DNA of 64,000 nucleotides from Bdellovibrionota bacterium (lineage in GTDB: Bacteria; Bdellovibrionota_C; UBA2361; CAKMMH01): assembly GCA_050952645.1 (NCBI GenBank), contig JBMNLI010000015.1:32640-96639 (forward strand), written 5' to 3'. The notes below the pieces were generated by a model. It was given only the letters and a program-made list of their open reading frames with translations, did not search any database and had not been told where the DNA came from. A program made the translations under genes and the position numbers. This document shows positions 22,351 to 32,280 of the stretch, one piece after another (the stretch's first letter is position 1; the number at the start of each line of letters is the position of its first letter).

Positions 22351-23415
22351 ATGAGAAATTATAAAGATAAGATAAAAACTAGAGAAGAATTAGTAAAAAT
22401 CGTTAAAGATGCACAAGAAGAAGGTAAAAAAGTTGGATATAGCTCTGGGGCTTTCGACTTGATGCATGGGGGGCATGTCGATTATCTTGTAAAAGCTAAA
22501 GCGTTATGTGATATCTTTATAATAGGAGTAAATACCGATAACTCCGTTAAAAATTATAAAGACCCTAAAAGACCGATATGTAATTGTGAAGATAGAACGG
22601 ATCTGATTGCAGCGCTCGAGTGCGTAGATTACGTTTTTAATTTTGATGAATTAAATAATAACGTAAATATAATGACATTAAAGCCTGATTTTTATATAAA
22701 AGCGGGCGATTACGATATGTCTAGGCTTTCTTCAGCGCCTCTTATAGAGAGCTATGGAGGAAAAGTAGAGTTAATTCCTGTAGTTAAAGATGTTTCGACT
22801 ACAAAGGTCATAAAAAAGATAATCGATTTGTACGGTGTAGAAGGATGCACATCTTATGATGAAAGCATTAAGTATGAAAAACGTCCTGCAGTATTTCTTG
22901 ATAGAGATGGCGTAATAAATGAAGAGATAGAGTATTTAAGTGAGCCTGAGAAGTTTAAGCTTCTTCCTAATGTGGCAGAAGGGATAAAAGCTTTCCAAGA
23001 TATGGGGTATAGAATTATAGTAGTAACTAATCAACCAGGGATTGGATTAGGCTATTATACTAAAGAGGATTTTTTTAAAGTTACTAAACAAATGTTTAAA
23101 GAACTTAGCCCTCATGGAATATGCTTTGATAAAATTTACTATTCACCACATTCAAAATCAGATAATTCCACTTGGAGAAAACCAGATATCGGCATGATTT
23201 TACAGGCTAAAAAAGACTTAAATGTCGACTTAGAAAACTCATTTTTGATTGGTGATAAAACGCTTGATATTAAGTGCGCTAAAAATGCAGGGGTAAAGAG
23301 CATACTAGTAAAAACTGGTGCAGCTGGCACAGATAAGCTTTTTGATGTGCCCCCAGATTTTGTGGCAGATGATTTATTAGAAGCTAGTAAGATCGTTAAA
23401 AACTTAAAAAGTTAA
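22351..23415 (+). CDS. Fusion of heptose-1-phosphate adenylyltransferase (RfaE2/HldC-like) and heptose-1,7-bisphosphate phosphatase (GmhB-like HAD)
   Basis: GAFDLMHGGH..GVNTD.SV..K..RPI..KAGDY..STT; then AVFLDRDGVIN..VVTNQPGI..RKP..IGDK..D. Confidence 0.88.
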   Translation: MRNYKDKIKTREELVKIVKDAQEEGKKVGYSSGAFDLMHGGHVDYLVKAKALCDIFIIGVNTDNSVKNYKDPKRPICNCEDRTDLIAALECVDYVFNFDELNNNVNIMTLKPDFYIKAGDYDMSRLSSAPLIESYGGKVELIPVVKDVSTTKVIKKIIDLYGVEGCTSYDESIKYEKRPAVFLDRDGVINEEIEYLSEPEKFKLLPNVAEGIKAFQDMGYRIIVVTNQPGIGLGYYTKEDFFKVTKQMFKELSPHGICFDKIYYSPHSKSDNSTWRKPDIGMILQAKKDLNVDLENSFLIGDKTLDIKCAKNAGVKSILVKTGAAGTDKLFDVPPDFVADDLLEASKIVKNLKS

Positions 23416-23499
23416 TCACTCTTAATTTTACTTTATTTTACTTTCTTACTTTTTTTTATTTTACGTATGTTATGTTTATAAATCTTATTTATTATAAGT

Positions 23500-24387
23500 T
23501 TATAATGGTTTGATTTCTTTATCTATCTTTCTTATTAGTCCTGAAAGCACTGCACCGTTTCCAAATTCTTTATAATTTGTCGGAGCGTATAAAGATGTAA
23601 TATTATTGATAGATTCTGTAAAACGCACTTTTGAAAAACTTTGATAATATAAAGACTCTCTTATATCATCACTGTTTCTTATATCGCTTGCAGAATAGTT
23701 TGCTATCACTGGAAAAATAGGCTCGTTTATAGCTACCTTTTCAAGTTCAAGTTTTAATTTATCGCCAGCCTCTTTCATAAGTATTGTATGAAAGGGAGCA
23801 CTTACTGCTAAATCGATAAGTCTAGCATCTGGTAAATAATTTTTAGCCTCTTGTACGGCATCATTTTCTCCTGCAATTACGATTTGAGATGGGGAGTTTA
23901 AGTTTGCAATATCGACAAACCCATTTTTAACCTTAGAAATAGCATCTAAAATTTCCTCTTCACTCTTTCCTATAACGGCAGTCATTTTTCCCTTAACTTT
24001 GCTTGCCACTTCTTTCATAAAAGTGCCACGCTTAAAAACTAAATTAACGCCATCTTCAAAAGAGAGTGCTTTGCTAGCTACGAGTGCACTATATTCGCCA
24101 AGGCTATGTCCTGCACTTGCTACTATTTCATAATCTTCTTTGTATTCACTTTTCCAAATTTCAAAACATATAATGCTTACGGTTAATATAGAGGTTTGTG
24201 TAATATCGCTTTCTAGAAGTCGTGAAGATGGCCCCTGAAAGCAGATATCACTTAGTGAAAAACCTAAAACTTCATTTGCTCTATTAAATAAATCTTTTGC
24301 TATATCGTATTTATCGTATAAATCTTTTCCCATTCCGACGCTTTGCGAGCCTTGCCCAGGGAATAATGCTAGTAATTTTATAGTCAT
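23500..24387 (-). CDS. fabD: Malonyl-CoA:ACP transacylase
   Basis: FPGQGSQ.VGMG, GHSLGEYSAL, N.NSPSQIVIAG, VSAPFH; start set at MTIKLL. Confidence 0.96.
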   Translation of the reverse strand: MTIKLLALFPGQGSQSVGMGKDLYDKYDIAKDLFNRANEVLGFSLSDICFQGPSSRLLESDITQTSILTVSIICFEIWKSEYKEDYEIVASAGHSLGEYSALVASKALSFEDGVNLVFKRGTFMKEVASKVKGKMTAVIGKSEEEILDAISKVKNGFVDIANLNSPSQIVIAGENDAVQEAKNYLPDARLIDLAVSAPFHTILMKEAGDKLKLELEKVAINEPIFPVIANYSASDIRNSDDIRESLYYQSFSKVRFTESINNITSLYAPTNYKEFGNGAVLSGLIRKIDKEIKPL

Positions 24388-24518
24388 AAAAACTCCAATA
24401 TTTAGTTTGATAATCTTTATGAATTTTACATTATTTTTAGGGAAATACAACTACTTATAAAATTTAAGTGGAGCAAAAACTTATAAGGGTGGACTAATAA
24501 TATACTTATCGTTAGGAG

Positions 24519-25325
24519 TTGTTGTATATGAGGTTAGATAATGTAGGTTATGAAAGTTATAAAGAAGAACGTCTTAGTGATGTTCATAGTGTTGTTCAAA
24601 ATGATGTTCAATACAGATTACAAAAATATATCGAAGACAATGGTTTGCACTCGCTTCCTGAAAGCCTTTTCGATATAACGCTTAGAAAGTTCGAGGAGGG
24701 ATATGAAATTTTAGATTTTTTCCCTGAGAAAAATTTTGAAAATAAAGGCTTTTATAGATTCTTAATGCTCAAAGTAAAAGATTTGAAAAATGGGAGCATT
24801 TATAATTACCCTATGCAAATAAACGATAACTCAAAGGAGCGTTTCGGCATTTTATATATCCCTAAGATTGGAGATAAGTTTATATTTATAAATGAGTTTA
24901 GGTTAGGGGCAGGGGATTTTATTTTAAACTTTCCAAGGGGGTTCCCAGAAAAAATAGATAATGTCTTAAGAGAATTTTTAGAAGAAGTAAGCGATGATTT
25001 CGATTGGAGTAAGATGAAAATAAATAAAATAGGCAAAATTTTTGAAGCTCCATCGGTTTCTTTTAATAAGCCTGAATTTTATGAGTTAGAATATTTAGGT
25101 GATGTAAGCTCTATAAAATTTGGTGGCACGGAACAAAATAGGATAGTGCTTTTAACTGAAGAAGAGGTAGATGAAAAGATTTTAAATGGTGAGATTTGTG
25201 ATAATTATACTCTTGCTGCTTGGGGATGTTATAAGGCAAGAAAAACGCAAAGGGAAACTAAGGGATTATCGCTATTAGAAAAGATAAAAGATTTTTTTTC
25301 TACTTATTTTTTATCTGATGATTAA
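24519..25325 (+). CDS. NUDIX-like protein (divergent ADP-ribose pyrophosphatase-like)
   Basis: FIFINEFR...LNFPRGF...LREFLEEV, I.NGEICDNYTLAA. Confidence 0.65.
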   Translation: MLYMRLDNVGYESYKEERLSDVHSVVQNDVQYRLQKYIEDNGLHSLPESLFDITLRKFEEGYEILDFFPEKNFENKGFYRFLMLKVKDLKNGSIYNYPMQINDNSKERFGILYIPKIGDKFIFINEFRLGAGDFILNFPRGFPEKIDNVLREFLEEVSDDFDWSKMKINKIGKIFEAPSVSFNKPEFYELEYLGDVSSIKFGGTEQNRIVLLTEEEVDEKILNGEICDNYTLAAWGCYKARKTQRETKGLSLLEKIKDFFSTYFLSDD

Positions 25326-25350
25326 CTTTTTTAAAAAATTATAGCTATAT

Positions 25351-25486
25351 TATTATAGCTATATTTAAAGTCAATTTATTTTATGCAGATTTCTTAAAAG
25401 CCAATTTTCTTTTATACTTCTTGTGTGAAGAGATGCTAATTTTTTAGGATTTAAAACCACTTTAAAACGTATAAAGAACTAAAAAA
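25351..25486 (+). repeat. Dispersed ~120-130-bp intergenic repeat, forward copy
   Basis: atagctatatttaaagtcaatttattttatgca...gatgctaatt...aaaccactttaaaacgt..aagaactaaaa aligns with 60381-60503 and reverse complement of 28081-28200. Confidence 0.75.
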
Positions 25487-25534
25487 CTATCCTAATTATC
25501 TAATTTAATATTTCAAATTAAATAAAAAAATTTA

Positions 25535-25570
25535 TGCATGCTAGAAGCGCAAGTTAGCGCTTCTTTTAGC
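25535..25570 (+). terminator. Hairpin (5' exon target site of the IIC intron)
   Basis: agaagcgc-aagtta-gcgcttct followed by ttt, immediately before the intron 5' end. Confidence 0.75.
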
Positions 25571-27464
25571 GTGTGCCGGGCACGACATAGTTCTAGCGGG
25601 TGAAAGTCCCGTCACGGGTAGTTGTCACCAAGTGTAGTGATGCCACAAGCTCGAAGCAGTAATGTTAGAGTGAAGGAAGTGGCGGATCAAAACCAAGGAG
25701 CCTACGAACAGAAACCAGATACAAGGCTAAATGGTGGGTGAGGTTGCGCTACAAACCGAAGCCCTAAAGACAAACGTAAAACCAAACGAGTAAATCTGGA
25801 GGTTGTCTGGTGAAAGAACTATGCCTTACCCCGGGAGGTCCAGATAGCGTGCTATGCACGTGCGATATAAAGCTTATATCTGGAAGTCAGTTGATACCAT
25901 AGTACTTGAGACACCACTCAAGGAAGGGTTGAACGTTAATATATTGTGAATCACTGTAAGCAAGGCTAGAAGAGTCCGAAATTGAAGATATGCCTAACAA
26001 ACAGGAACGTAACCTGTGGGGGCAGAAGATAGAGGGGGTGTTTTCTAGTAGCTTTACAAACAGAGGGAGGAGCAACAGGTGGAATTGATTGAACTAATTA
26101 TATCAGACAAAAATATAGATGAGGCTATAAAGGCTGTTAAGCGAAATAAAGGTGCATCTGGTGTAGATGATATGCCAGTAGATGAGCTTGAAGACTATTT
26201 TGCCGTTCACAGAGAAGAGATAAAATCTCAGATACGTGAAGGGAATTATAAGCCGAGTCCAGTTAAGAGAGTGTATATACCTAAAGCTAATGGTAAGATG
26301 AGACCTTTAGGAATACCTACAGTAGTAGATAGGGTAATTCAACAAGCGGTAGCGCAAATACTAGCACGCGGATACGAAAAGTATTTTAGTAATAGTAGCT
26401 ATGGCTTTAGACCTAGAAGGAATTGCCATCTAGCAGTATATAGAACTCTTGAGTACTTGAAAAGAGGCTATGATTGGGTTATAGACCTAGACATAGAGAA
26501 ATATTTTGATACTGTTAATCACGACAAATTAATTTCGATAATCAGGGAACGCATCAAAGATGCGAAGACACTACGATTGATAAGACAGTTCTTAAGAGCT
26601 GGTATAATGGAAGATGGATTGTTTACTGTAAGTGAGAAAGGAGTTCCGCAAGGAGGTCCATTATCCCCAGTATTATCTAACATATACCTTGATAAGCTCG
26701 ACAAGGAACTGGAAGCAAGAGGACTTAAGTTTGTTAGATATGCCGATGACTGTAATATATTTGTTAGAAGTGAAAAGGCTGCTAATAGAGTAATGAAGTC
26801 CGTTGCGAGTTGGTTGGAGCGTAAGCTACGACTTAAAATTAATTCAAGTAAGAGTAAAATCTCTAGGCCGACGGAAAGCACTTTCTTAGGCTTTACCTAC
26901 TGGAAGAGTGGGTATAAAACTTGGAAATGTAAACCTGCTGAAGATCGCAAACGAAAACTCTATGATAAAACTAGAGAAATTCTTTGTAGACGGAAGGCAA
27001 TGGCACGAACGTTAGGTTCGACATTTCAACAGCTAAGCTGGTTAATTAAAGGTTGGATAAACTATTATAAGATAGGAACTCTTAAGACTTTTATAGATAA
27101 ATATGGTCAATGGCTTAGACACAAAGTGAGGGTTATAATACTTAAACAGTGGAAATTGCCGAGACGAATCTATCTAAATCTTAAGAAATTGAACCGAATG
27201 CTTGGTTGCAATTTTAGAAATGAAGAAATCTATAAGGTTGCTAACAGCAGACTCGGCTGGTATAGACGCAGTTCGTGGTACGTAGTGAATTATGCATTAA
27301 GCCCTAAAATATTGGGGCGTAAAACAAAGGAACGAATTGGTTTAATCGACCCTTTGACGTATTACCTGAGTATTACTTGATATTATATTAATGGAGCGCC
27401 GTATACGAGACCCGTACGTACGGTGCGACGGGAGGGAGAGGGTATAGCCCTCGCTCTACCCTAT
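25571..27464 (+). mobile_element. Group II intron, class IIC (bacterial class C), apparently full length
   Basis: 5' GTGTG..gggtgaaagtccc; short DV gagCGCcgtatacgagacccgtacgtacggtgcg with CGC triad; DVI with bulged A ending ..ctaccctAT; inserted after a hairpin. Confidence 0.93.
26079..27380 (+). CDS. ltrA: Group II intron reverse transcriptase/maturase (no endonuclease domain)
   Basis: NKGASGVD, RPLGIPTVVDRVIQQA, SYGFRP, DLDIEKYFD, GVPQGGPLSP, RYADD, FLGF, GWINYY; ends after X domain. Confidence 0.95.
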   Translation: MELIELIISDKNIDEAIKAVKRNKGASGVDDMPVDELEDYFAVHREEIKSQIREGNYKPSPVKRVYIPKANGKMRPLGIPTVVDRVIQQAVAQILARGYEKYFSNSSYGFRPRRNCHLAVYRTLEYLKRGYDWVIDLDIEKYFDTVNHDKLISIIRERIKDAKTLRLIRQFLRAGIMEDGLFTVSEKGVPQGGPLSPVLSNIYLDKLDKELEARGLKFVRYADDCNIFVRSEKAANRVMKSVASWLERKLRLKINSSKSKISRPTESTFLGFTYWKSGYKTWKCKPAEDRKRKLYDKTREILCRRKAMARTLGSTFQQLSWLIKGWINYYKIGTLKTFIDKYGQWLRHKVRVIILKQWKLPRRIYLNLKKLNRMLGCNFRNEEIYKVANSRLGWYRRSSWYVVNYALSPKILGRKTKERIGLIDPLTYYLSIT

Positions 27465-27541
27465 ATGCAAAAAAGCTAAAGAATTTCTAAAAATTTTTAG
27501 CTATTAGTTTTATTTTATAAAAACCTGCAAAAGAGATTTTT

Positions 27542-27931
27542 TTAGTGTTTACTTCCACAATAAGCAGTTGGAGCAATAGCATTAGAAGTATGCCTAGGAT
27601 CAAGATAGCTAGAACTATTTCCAAGACTGCAAGGTGTCTCTTTTCCTGTCAAAGCAGCAAGAAGTTCTTCGTTCGTTTCTTGGAGCTTGCGGAAGTCATT
27701 TTGCAAATTGGCAAGTTGCTGAGAAATGCTTTCTTGTCCCTTTTTTAAATCAAAACACCTGTCAGCTGCTTCTTTTGCATATGCTAATATTGAAATTAGT
27801 AAACGCTTAAGTTTATCTTTAAATAGATTTTCTAATCTACGTCTAACCGTTTGTCTATCTCTTTCGCGTTTTGCAGCACTAGCTCCTCTGCTACTTTGAT
27901 CAAATTTATCATCGTTGTCATATTTAGACAT
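27542..27931 (-). CDS. Hypothetical protein with basic segment and leucine-zipper heptads
   Basis: AAKRERDRQTVRRRLENL then L/I every 7th residue over 5 positions; AGAGAG upstream of ATG. Confidence 0.6.
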   Translation of the reverse strand: MSKYDNDDKFDQSSRGASAAKRERDRQTVRRRLENLFKDKLKRLLISILAYAKEAADRCFDLKKGQESISQQLANLQNDFRKLQETNEELLAALTGKETPCSLGNSSSYLDPRHTSNAIAPTAYCGSKH

Positions 27932-28080
27932 AACAAATCTCTCTTTCTATTAACCCATACTTTAATATTCTTTTGTATATTAAAGTAGGAACCTTAGCTC
28001 GTTTTAACTTAAATGCTTACGTTGTTGCATTAAAGCAAACAGTTAAAGTTTATAAAAAATTAAGTAATTAGTCAAAAAAA

Positions 28081-28305
28081 CTTCGTTTTAAGGTGGGTTT
28101 TAGACCTTAAGAATTAGTATCACTCACCCCACGAAGCCCAAAAGGAAATTGACTTTAAGGGAATTTGTATAAAATAAATTGACTTTAAATATAGCTGTAA
28201 TTTTTTTTTAACTATAGCTAGTTTTCTATAAAAGCCAATTTTCTTTTAAACTAACCCCTAAAAACAATTTTTCTAACCCACCTAAAACGTCAAAGAACCA
28301 AAAAA
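28081..28305. repeat. Back-to-back pair of dispersed repeat copies (reverse 28081-28200, forward degenerate 28205-28305)
   Basis: Reverse complement of 28081-28200 matches 60396-60490 and 25351-25470; 28229 taaaagccaattttct...aacccacctaaaacgtcaaagaacc is a forward copy. Confidence 0.75.
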
Positions 28306-28452
28306 ATTATCGATTTTAGCATTTTAAGAAGATTGTAATTTTTAACTCCATTGAGAAAAGTAGTAATTTATTGTAAAATTTTATTTTGATTTAATGATTG
28401 TTTAATATTTTATTTAAAGATTGATTTTATATATTTATAGGGATTATAAACC

Positions 28453-31086
28453 GTGTCAGATAGATTAGAAAAAATAACTAGCGATGAAATTAGAGAGAAG
28501 TTTTTACAATATTTTGAGTCGAAAGATCATTTAAGAATAAAAAATTCTTCAATTATACCTAAAAACGATCCTACACTTCTTTTTATAAATGCAGGTATGG
28601 CTCCAATGAAAAAATTTTTTACAGGAGAGGAAAAACCTGAACATCCAAGGCTTTGTAATGTGCAATCTTGTATACGAACTATAGATTTAGATGATGTAGG
28701 CGATAGGTCTCATTTAACAAGCTTTTTAATGCTAGGTAGCTGGTCTATCGGAGATTATTTTAAAGAAGGAGCTATAAAATTAGCATACGAATTTTTAACT
28801 AAACATCTAAATATTCCTAAAGAAAAGCTATACGTAACGGTTTTTAAAGGAAATAAAGAACTCGGACTAGATGTCGATAGTGAAGCAAAAAAATATTGGC
28901 TTGAGGTAGGCGTGCCTAATGAACATATCGTAGAATGTCCTATGGAAGATAATTTTTGGATGGCAGGAGAAACGGGACCTTGTGGCCCATGCACAGAGGT
29001 TTTTTACGATACTAGAGATGATGATGTAAATAAATACGTTGTAGGTGGTCATTTTGATACTAAGACTAGATATCTAGAAATTTGGAACGCTGGAGTATTT
29101 ATGCAGTACAATAGGAATTTAGATGGAACGTATAGTCCGCTAAAATTTAAAAGCATCGATACTGGCGCTGGGCTTGAAAGATTAGCAATGACGCTAAATG
29201 GGTTTTCTTCCGTTTATGATACGGATTTATTAAAACCTATAGTCGATAAAGTAAATGAAATTTCAGAAAATAAGCTATCTGAAAAAACTGTTAGAATATT
29301 AACCGATCATATAAGAACTATATGTTTAATTTTATCTGAAAAATTAGCTCCATCAAATGAAGGACGTGGATACGTTCCTAGAAAGCTAATAAGAAGATGT
29401 ATTTTATTAACTACTAAAGAGGGAGTAAAAGATTTTGATTATATCTGTCTTTTAAATTTTGTAATATCAAAATATAGTAATATTTTTCCTCTATTTAAAG
29501 AGAATAAATCGTTTTTGATTTCTCATTTTGAAAAAGAGTATGAGCAATTTAATAAAATTCTTATTTCGGGATTAGAAAAATTAGATGAGATAAAAGCTAA
29601 AGGAAGTAGTATCTCAAAAGAAGATGCGTTCGATTTAGTTACGACCTATGGACTTCCTTTCGATATTATTGAAGATTACGCTAAGGACAATAGGCTAACG
29701 GTAGATAAAGATGGATTTGAAAAAAAACTAGAAGAACATAAAGATATTTCTAAAAAACAATCGTTAGCTAGCACTCAAAGCCTTAATATATCTAGTGACG
29801 CGTTAGAAAGTTTTAAAGAAACTGAATTTAAAGGTTATGAGGCATTAGAAATTAAATCGAATATTGTAGCACTCTTAGACGATGAGAAAATTATAGATGA
29901 AATTCTAGATAATAAATTAGATAACAAAGATGATGAAGATAATAATGGTAATAATAATGGTAATAAATATATTATAATAACTAAAGAAACTCCATTTTAT
30001 GCCGAAGCTGGGGGGCAAGTAGCAGATAGTGGAATAATATTTACAGACGATGCTAAATTTATAGTAAATGATGTTCAAAAAACTAAAAATGGAGTATTTT
30101 TACATTTTGTAAGTAAAGAAAAAGGTGGCATAAAAAAAGGCGATGTAGTCACGTTAAGTGTAAATAAAGAGGTAAGAGTTAAAATTGCTAACGCTCATAC
30201 CGCTGCGCATTTACTTCATAAGGTGCTAAGAGATATTCTAGGGAATGATGTTCACCAAGCAGGCTCTAAAGTCGATAGTGAAAGGGTTCGTTTCGATTTT
30301 AATTGTGAAGATAAAATTTCTGAAGAAACTCTTTTAGAAATTGAAAGGAAAGTAAATGAGCTTATAAGAGAGAACCTCGATTGTAGTATCGCTTATAAAA
30401 CGCTAGAAGAGGCTCAAAAAGAAGGTGCGATAGCATTATTTGAAACTAAGTATGGAAATTTAGTAAGGGTAGTTTCTTTTGGAAATGTATCGAAAGAACT
30501 TTGCTCAGGAACTCACACTAGCAGAACTGGTAATATCGGTTTATTCATTATTTTAAGTGTTGATGGAATAGGAAAGGGTATAAGAAGAATAAGTGCTATT
30601 ACGGGAGCCGAGGCTATACAATACGTGCAAAATCATAAAAGACTAATTGGAGATATTTCTAATAAGTTAAAAGCTAAGGAATGTACGATATTGCAAAAAA
30701 TCGATGCTTTAGAGGAAAAAGCAAAGAGTAGTAAAATAAATGCTATTAAAGAAATAGATGTAAATAGTTTAACGAAAATAGAGAACGCATCTTCTGCTAA
30801 TCTTTTATTTTTATATCAAGAAAAATTTGAAAAATTATTAAAAGATAAACTTTCGGTGATAGCCAATAATGAAAAAAGCATTATCGTATATTTAGCTGGT
30901 GGCGAGTTAAAGCAAATAATGGTTATATCTTCTAAAGCGACTGAAAAAGATTTTAAAGCAAATGAAATATTAAAAAACATTTTATCAAAATTTGGTGGTA
31001 AAGGTAATGGAAATTCTTTTTTAGCATCGGGTGGAGGTATACCTGTTAAAGAAGATGAGTTGATGGAATTTTTAAAAGAAATTTAA
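28453..31086 (+). CDS. alaS: Alanine--tRNA ligase
   Basis: DPTLLFINAGM, GPCGPCTE, IDTGAGLER, FYAEAGGQVAD, HTAAHLL, ELCSGTH. Confidence 0.97.
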   Translation: MSDRLEKITSDEIREKFLQYFESKDHLRIKNSSIIPKNDPTLLFINAGMAPMKKFFTGEEKPEHPRLCNVQSCIRTIDLDDVGDRSHLTSFLMLGSWSIGDYFKEGAIKLAYEFLTKHLNIPKEKLYVTVFKGNKELGLDVDSEAKKYWLEVGVPNEHIVECPMEDNFWMAGETGPCGPCTEVFYDTRDDDVNKYVVGGHFDTKTRYLEIWNAGVFMQYNRNLDGTYSPLKFKSIDTGAGLERLAMTLNGFSSVYDTDLLKPIVDKVNEISENKLSEKTVRILTDHIRTICLILSEKLAPSNEGRGYVPRKLIRRCILLTTKEGVKDFDYICLLNFVISKYSNIFPLFKENKSFLISHFEKEYEQFNKILISGLEKLDEIKAKGSSISKEDAFDLVTTYGLPFDIIEDYAKDNRLTVDKDGFEKKLEEHKDISKKQSLASTQSLNISSDALESFKETEFKGYEALEIKSNIVALLDDEKIIDEILDNKLDNKDDEDNNGNNNGNKYIIITKETPFYAEAGGQVADSGIIFTDDAKFIVNDVQKTKNGVFLHFVSKEKGGIKKGDVVTLSVNKEVRVKIANAHTAAHLLHKVLRDILGNDVHQAGSKVDSERVRFDFNCEDKISEETLLEIERKVNELIRENLDCSIAYKTLEEAQKEGAIALFETKYGNLVRVVSFGNVSKELCSGTHTSRTGNIGLFIILSVDGIGKGIRRISAITGAEAIQYVQNHKRLIGDISNKLKAKECTILQKIDALEEKAKSSKINAIKEIDVNSLTKIENASSANLLFLYQEKFEKLLKDKLSVIANNEKSIIVYLAGGELKQIMVISSKATEKDFKANEILKNILSKFGGKGNGNSFLASGGGIPVKEDELMEFLKEI

Positions 31087-31152
31087 AAAATTTAAAAAAT
31101 TTAAAGTAGCATATAATATATATTTTAAGAAAATACATTTAGGAGAATATTT

Positions 31153-31881
31153 ATGGCGATTAAAGTTTTAGTAAATGGTGGAAGTGGTAGAATGGGGCAA
31201 GAGGTGATAAAGGCGGTTAGTAAAGATGATGCTCTCTCTTTAGTAGGTTTTGTCGATGTTAATGATAATTTAGAGGAAAAAATCAAAGAACTTTCTCCGC
31301 AAGTAGTAGTAGATTTTACGGTGCCAAGCGCTGTATATAAAAATTTAATGGTGATTATAAACTCTGGTGTTTGCCCAGTTATAGGAACTACAGGGCTAAA
31401 AGAGGAAGAAATTTTAGAAGCAAAAAGGATTTGTGATGAAAAAAAATTAGGAGGGTTGATAGCTCCTAATTTTGCAATAGGGGCGGTGCTACTTATGGAG
31501 TTTGCGGCGAAAGCCTCTGAATATTTACCTAGTGTAGAGATAATAGAGCTTCATCACGATCAAAAAATAGATGCACCATCAGGGACGGCTTTAAAAACCG
31601 CTGAGAAAATAGCTAAAAATAGAGGTGAATATATAAATAATATCGATGAGAAAATTTTAGATGGCGCTAGAGGTGCAGTGTATAAGGATATTCATATACA
31701 TAGCGTAAGGCTTCAAGGTTTAGTAGCCCATGAGGAAGTTTTGTTAGGAGGCGTTGGGCAGATGCTGACTATTAGACATGATTCTTTTAATAGGGAGTCT
31801 TTTATGCCAGGGGTGATTTATGCATGTAAAAAGGTAGTTTCGTTAAATGCTCTTTTTTATGGACTTGAAGAGATATTATAA
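31153..31881 (+). CDS. dapB: 4-hydroxy-tetrahydrodipicolinate reductase
   Basis: GGSGRMG, VVVDFT, GTTG, APNFAIG, ELHHDQKIDAPSGTA. Confidence 0.97.
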   Translation: MAIKVLVNGGSGRMGQEVIKAVSKDDALSLVGFVDVNDNLEEKIKELSPQVVVDFTVPSAVYKNLMVIINSGVCPVIGTTGLKEEEILEAKRICDEKKLGGLIAPNFAIGAVLLMEFAAKASEYLPSVEIIELHHDQKIDAPSGTALKTAEKIAKNRGEYINNIDEKILDGARGAVYKDIHIHSVRLQGLVAHEEVLLGGVGQMLTIRHDSFNRESFMPGVIYACKKVVSLNALFYGLEEIL

Positions 31882-32041
31882 GACAAACGTGTGAAGAACT
31901 TAAAAAAAATCAAAATGTAAATTTTTTATTTTTCTTAAAGACAGCCATTCGTTTTATAGCCTAATACGGATAAAAACTTTTTTCTCTTTCAGCTTTCTAA
32001 GTATAACATTCTCAAGTTCCTTAATTAGCGAGGGTAATGCT

Positions 32042-32185
32042 ATGAAGTGGTTCCTTAATCTTATGGTCGAGGATTGTGACGTTCGTTCAAATGTTGTGTA
32101 TCATTGCGAAGGCAACTGCAATTCAGATACGGGTGGAACTGGCTGTAATCAACAGTGTGACAATAGTGGTTGTTACTCTTGGTGA
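32042..32185 (+). CDS. Small six-cysteine peptide (47 aa), RiPP-precursor-like; below the ORF-track cutoff
   Basis: GAGGG RBS then MKWFLNLMVEDCDVRSNVVYHCEGNCNSDTGGTGCNQQCDNSGCYSW*; more GC-rich than its flanks; followed by a hairpin. Confidence 0.7.
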   Translation: MKWFLNLMVEDCDVRSNVVYHCEGNCNSDTGGTGCNQQCDNSGCYSW

Positions 32186-32219
32186 TATGTCATAACTCGT
32201 GTTTAATCAACATGGCTTT

Positions 32220-32259
32220 AAGCAAGAGAAAAAAGAGATATCTCTGCTTTCTCTTGCTT
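32220..32259 (+). terminator. Hairpin downstream of the small peptide gene
   Basis: aagcaagagaaa..agagatatctct..tttctcttgctt inverted repeat. Confidence 0.65.
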
Positions 32260-32280
32260 CTTGCATTATAGAAGTACTAT

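Noticed and set aside
26079..27380. RT as retron, DGR or defence RT
   Set aside because: Has maturase X domain and is embedded in recognisable intron RNA ends (GTGTG, DV, DVI)
25351..28200. Composite transposon formed by inverted repeat copies flanking the intron and 129-aa gene
   Set aside because: No transposase or target-site duplication visible; the repeat is common enough for chance flanking
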